Shown: in pieces, positions 61,651 to 64,000 of the stretch | How positions within the stretch are numbered: the first letter of the stretch is position 1 | How the letters are laid out: every line of letters begins with the position of its first letter | NCBI GenBank assembly: GCA_963833985.1 | Contig: CAWIAD010000001.1 | Location: 2,176,001 to 2,240,000 of the forward strand | From: an uncultured Planctomycetaceae bacterium | GTDB taxonomy: Bacteria > Planctomycetota > Planctomycetia > Isosphaerales > Isosphaeraceae | Direction of reading: 5' to 3' | Length of the DNA: 64,000 bases | Made by a program: the position numbers and the translations under genes | Notes under the pieces: model-generated | Databases searched by the model: none | The model's input: only the letters and a program-made list of their open reading frames with translations | Told to the model about the DNA's origin: nothing

Positions 61651-63012
61651 ATGACTCTACGACTGGTCTTGGTCAGTCTGGTGGCAGCGCTGGGGTTGAC
61701 GATTCCCGGTGCGCCAGTGATCGAGAACTGGGTCGCCTCCACTCAGAACTGGATGAATGCCAGGTTCGCCGATTGGGACACCCGCAATCCGCAAACGATG
61801 GACACGATCATCGTGAGTGATACATACGACGTGGAGCAAATCGCTCCTCGTCTTCCGATACCCTCCCCCCTGACCGCCCCGCCCGCCGTGGAGCGGCCCA
61901 CAGTCGAGCTCGCGGGCCCTCCGCGGGCGCTTGCCCTCGCTTCCGCTCCTGCCGTCAAGCCCGTTGCCGTGGAAGGGACCATGGCGGCCCAGGTACCCGT
62001 GGTCTCTGCCGTGCGTCAGGGCCGCACGGAGATCATTCCTCTGCTCGGGAAACTCGCCCAGAAAGCCCGGCGCGTGGTGCTGCGGTGCACCACGATCGTG
62101 TCTGCCGCGGTTCCCCGCGTGGTCTTTCCGGCAGCTCCGCGAGCTTTCCCGCCTCTCGTGGCCGGTGCCTCGCCACGCGGCATCGCGGAGCTGCTGAACG
62201 AGTTGAACGAAGGAATCGGCATCCGGCCGCAGATGCCCACCGTGGCCGCTCGGAAGGCGGCCAGCCCCGCTCGCTCGAGGCGAGTCGGCGATCAGCCATT
62301 CGGATCCATGGAGCAGAGCGCCAGCCTCTACTTCGCCGGAGAGATCCAAGTGGCCCAGCCGGGCGGCAGGCTGACGAAGGCAGGGCCGGTGAAGAATCCC
62401 AGGATGGCGGCAACCGCCAAGGCGCAGCACGTGGCGGCCCGGCCAACCGCAGGGAAGCCCGAGCCGGCGAAGCTCACGGTCACAAAGCCGGTTGCGGCGA
62501 AGCCCGTCACGGCGCAGCTCATGGCCTCTCAGCCGCCGACTTCGGCCCCGGTGGTCCCGCACCACGCAGCACGGCCGCAACTCGTAGCCGAAGCGCAGGA
62601 AGATCTGGACATCGAGAGCGCCGGAGAGCTGGTGCGGCTTGAAGATGGCTTCGGCCTGCCCGGAGCCACCGTTCTCACAGGGTCAAAGGTCCGTCCTCTG
62701 GTACCGCACGCGGCGACGGCCCCGCAGCCCGCGGTCCTGCCCTCCCGCACCGTGGCCGTCGCGATCAGGCCCGGCTTCGACCCGCTGGAGGTTCCTACCG
62801 ATTTCTACGCGGGAATCGCCTTTGAGCTGAACCAGATGAGCGACGGCATCCGTCCTGAAGCCGTGCTCGTGCGAACGGCCAAAACCGATTCACCGGCTCC
62901 GAGCGGCACCCACGAGCTACGGCGTGCGGTGCGGCTGACCCGCGACGCGGTTTATGCCTGGGTGAACGTGCTCACCGGCCCGGCTTTGATGACCGTCTCG
63001 CAATCGAATTGA
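61651..63012 (+). CDS. Exported Pro/Ala-rich hypothetical protein
   Basis: GGAGA RBS, hydrophobic N-terminus MTLRLVLVSLVAALGLTIP, low-complexity body, short internal repeats. Confidence 0.7.
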   Translation: MTLRLVLVSLVAALGLTIPGAPVIENWVASTQNWMNARFADWDTRNPQTMDTIIVSDTYDVEQIAPRLPIPSPLTAPPAVERPTVELAGPPRALALASAPAVKPVAVEGTMAAQVPVVSAVRQGRTEIIPLLGKLAQKARRVVLRCTTIVSAAVPRVVFPAAPRAFPPLVAGASPRGIAELLNELNEGIGIRPQMPTVAARKAASPARSRRVGDQPFGSMEQSASLYFAGEIQVAQPGGRLTKAGPVKNPRMAATAKAQHVAARPTAGKPEPAKLTVTKPVAAKPVTAQLMASQPPTSAPVVPHHAARPQLVAEAQEDLDIESAGELVRLEDGFGLPGATVLTGSKVRPLVPHAATAPQPAVLPSRTVAVAIRPGFDPLEVPTDFYAGIAFELNQMSDGIRPEAVLVRTAKTDSPAPSGTHELRRAVRLTRDAVYAWVNVLTGPALMTVSQSN

Positions 63013-63091
63013 CCTCTGGATTGCCCGATCGCGGTCGACGAGGCGCGGTGAACCTTCCGCAGATGGGGGGTTCGCCGCGTCTGGTTGTTTT

Positions 63092-63481
63092 TCAAGAGAG
63101 CTGGGAATCACGAGACTCGTCCGGGATGGTCAGGCGGTAACCCAGCGAGACGGCGATCTTGATCACCTCACCGTGGGTCGGAAACGACTTGCCGGTTCGC
63201 TCCTTGAAGCGCTGCATCGCGTTCATGAACTCCAGCTCGTCGTCGGTATATTGCTTCTCGAACGTTGTGGGATCGATCCGCTTCCGCCGTTCCTTGCGGG
63301 CGCGCCGTTCCGATCGAGCCGGAGCCGGGCTTTGCGGATCCGCGGCTGGCACCGACTTCCCGGGCGGCCGCGTGCGCCGATCTCGCCCCTCGCGGCGATC
63401 ATGAAACAGGGTGTTGGAGGGGAAGCTGGAAAAATCGAATTCCAGGGGCTTCGATTTCGTCTGATCATCGTCCTCAGTCAT
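63092..63481 (-). CDS. Small conserved-looking hypothetical protein
   Basis: DRR/ERR repeats then RIDPTTFEKQYTDDELEFMNAMQRFK...FPTHGEVI...LGY, a pattern I recall from planctomycete proteins. Confidence 0.75.
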   Translation of the reverse strand: MTEDDDQTKSKPLEFDFSSFPSNTLFHDRREGRDRRTRPPGKSVPAADPQSPAPARSERRARKERRKRIDPTTFEKQYTDDELEFMNAMQRFKERTGKSFPTHGEVIKIAVSLGYRLTIPDESRDSQLS

Positions 63482-64000
63482 GGTCTTCGGTCTCACGTTG
63501 GATGCGGAGCGGCCGCCGCGCCGGGTGGGAGACAGATCCGCACGAGCACGATCCCCGGGCACCTGGCCAATGTCGCGGCCGAGCACCGATTCGACCTGGG
63601 AAATGATTCGTAAGTCACCGGGCCTTCTGCACTTGAAGAACTTGTAGAACACGCGTCCGCGCCTGTCAAAGAGGCAAAACCCAAAGCGTGTGGCATAATC
63701 AATGTCAGGCAAGAATCAGGCGTGCTGGTTCGGAGGGTTGACCGGTCCGGTCCCCATGAGCCGCCGCCTGTCAGCGGTTTGTGGCGCCGGACACGAACTT
63801 TGTTCTACCCCAGGAGCCGCATTGCTTGCTGATCTGGTTCAGCCACAAGGTCCTTCAGCCCGGAATTCCTTCGCGCCTCTGCTTGATGAGCTGAAGCGAT
63901 GACCATAAAGTGAGAGTTGAGAGCGTCTAGCGTCCCAGCCGGTCCTGGTGCCGGTGACCCCTTCTGCTGGAGAGCACGGAACATGTCTCGAACCTCCCGA

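Noticed and set aside
63640..64000. Possible c-di-GMP riboswitch (GGCAAAAC) and a minus-strand frame entering from the window end
   Set aside because: The rest of the riboswitch consensus is missing, and the frame has no recognisable motif and is truncated.

Overview
High-GC chromosomal window, most consistent with a planctomycete (Isosphaeraceae-like). The assignment is inferred from two DUF4058 paralogues, recO-bamD-lptE synteny, ECF sigma/anti-sigma pairs and a Rieske plus cytochrome b-c fusion. Housekeeping blocks are recO-bamD-lptE-folP-proA, purA-uppS-cdsA, phoH-7TM/HD-ybeY-CNNM, carA and nrnA. They are interspersed with peptidases, glycoside hydrolases, two ECF sigma modules, two ABC systems and a HigBA toxin-antitoxin locus. 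About 15 frameshifts, mostly at G/C homopolymers or GC dinucleotide runs and including uppS, are best explained as long-read errors. The strongest novel signal is a secreted FG-GAP/VCBS-repeat gene split by a single in-frame TGA (30494-30496). The TGA is directly followed by a Cys codon and a SECIS-like hairpin, suggesting a selenoprotein with a vicinal Sec-Cys motif. Other notable items: (1) a PanE2-like reductase plus oxalate-CoA ligase pair, suggesting oxalate assimilation; (2) a HigBA module bracketed by ~90-bp structured direct repeats, carrying a transposase-tail remnant and REP-like palindrome; (3) a DevA-type ATPase fused to a cNMP-binding domain; (4) two apparent pseudoenzymes.
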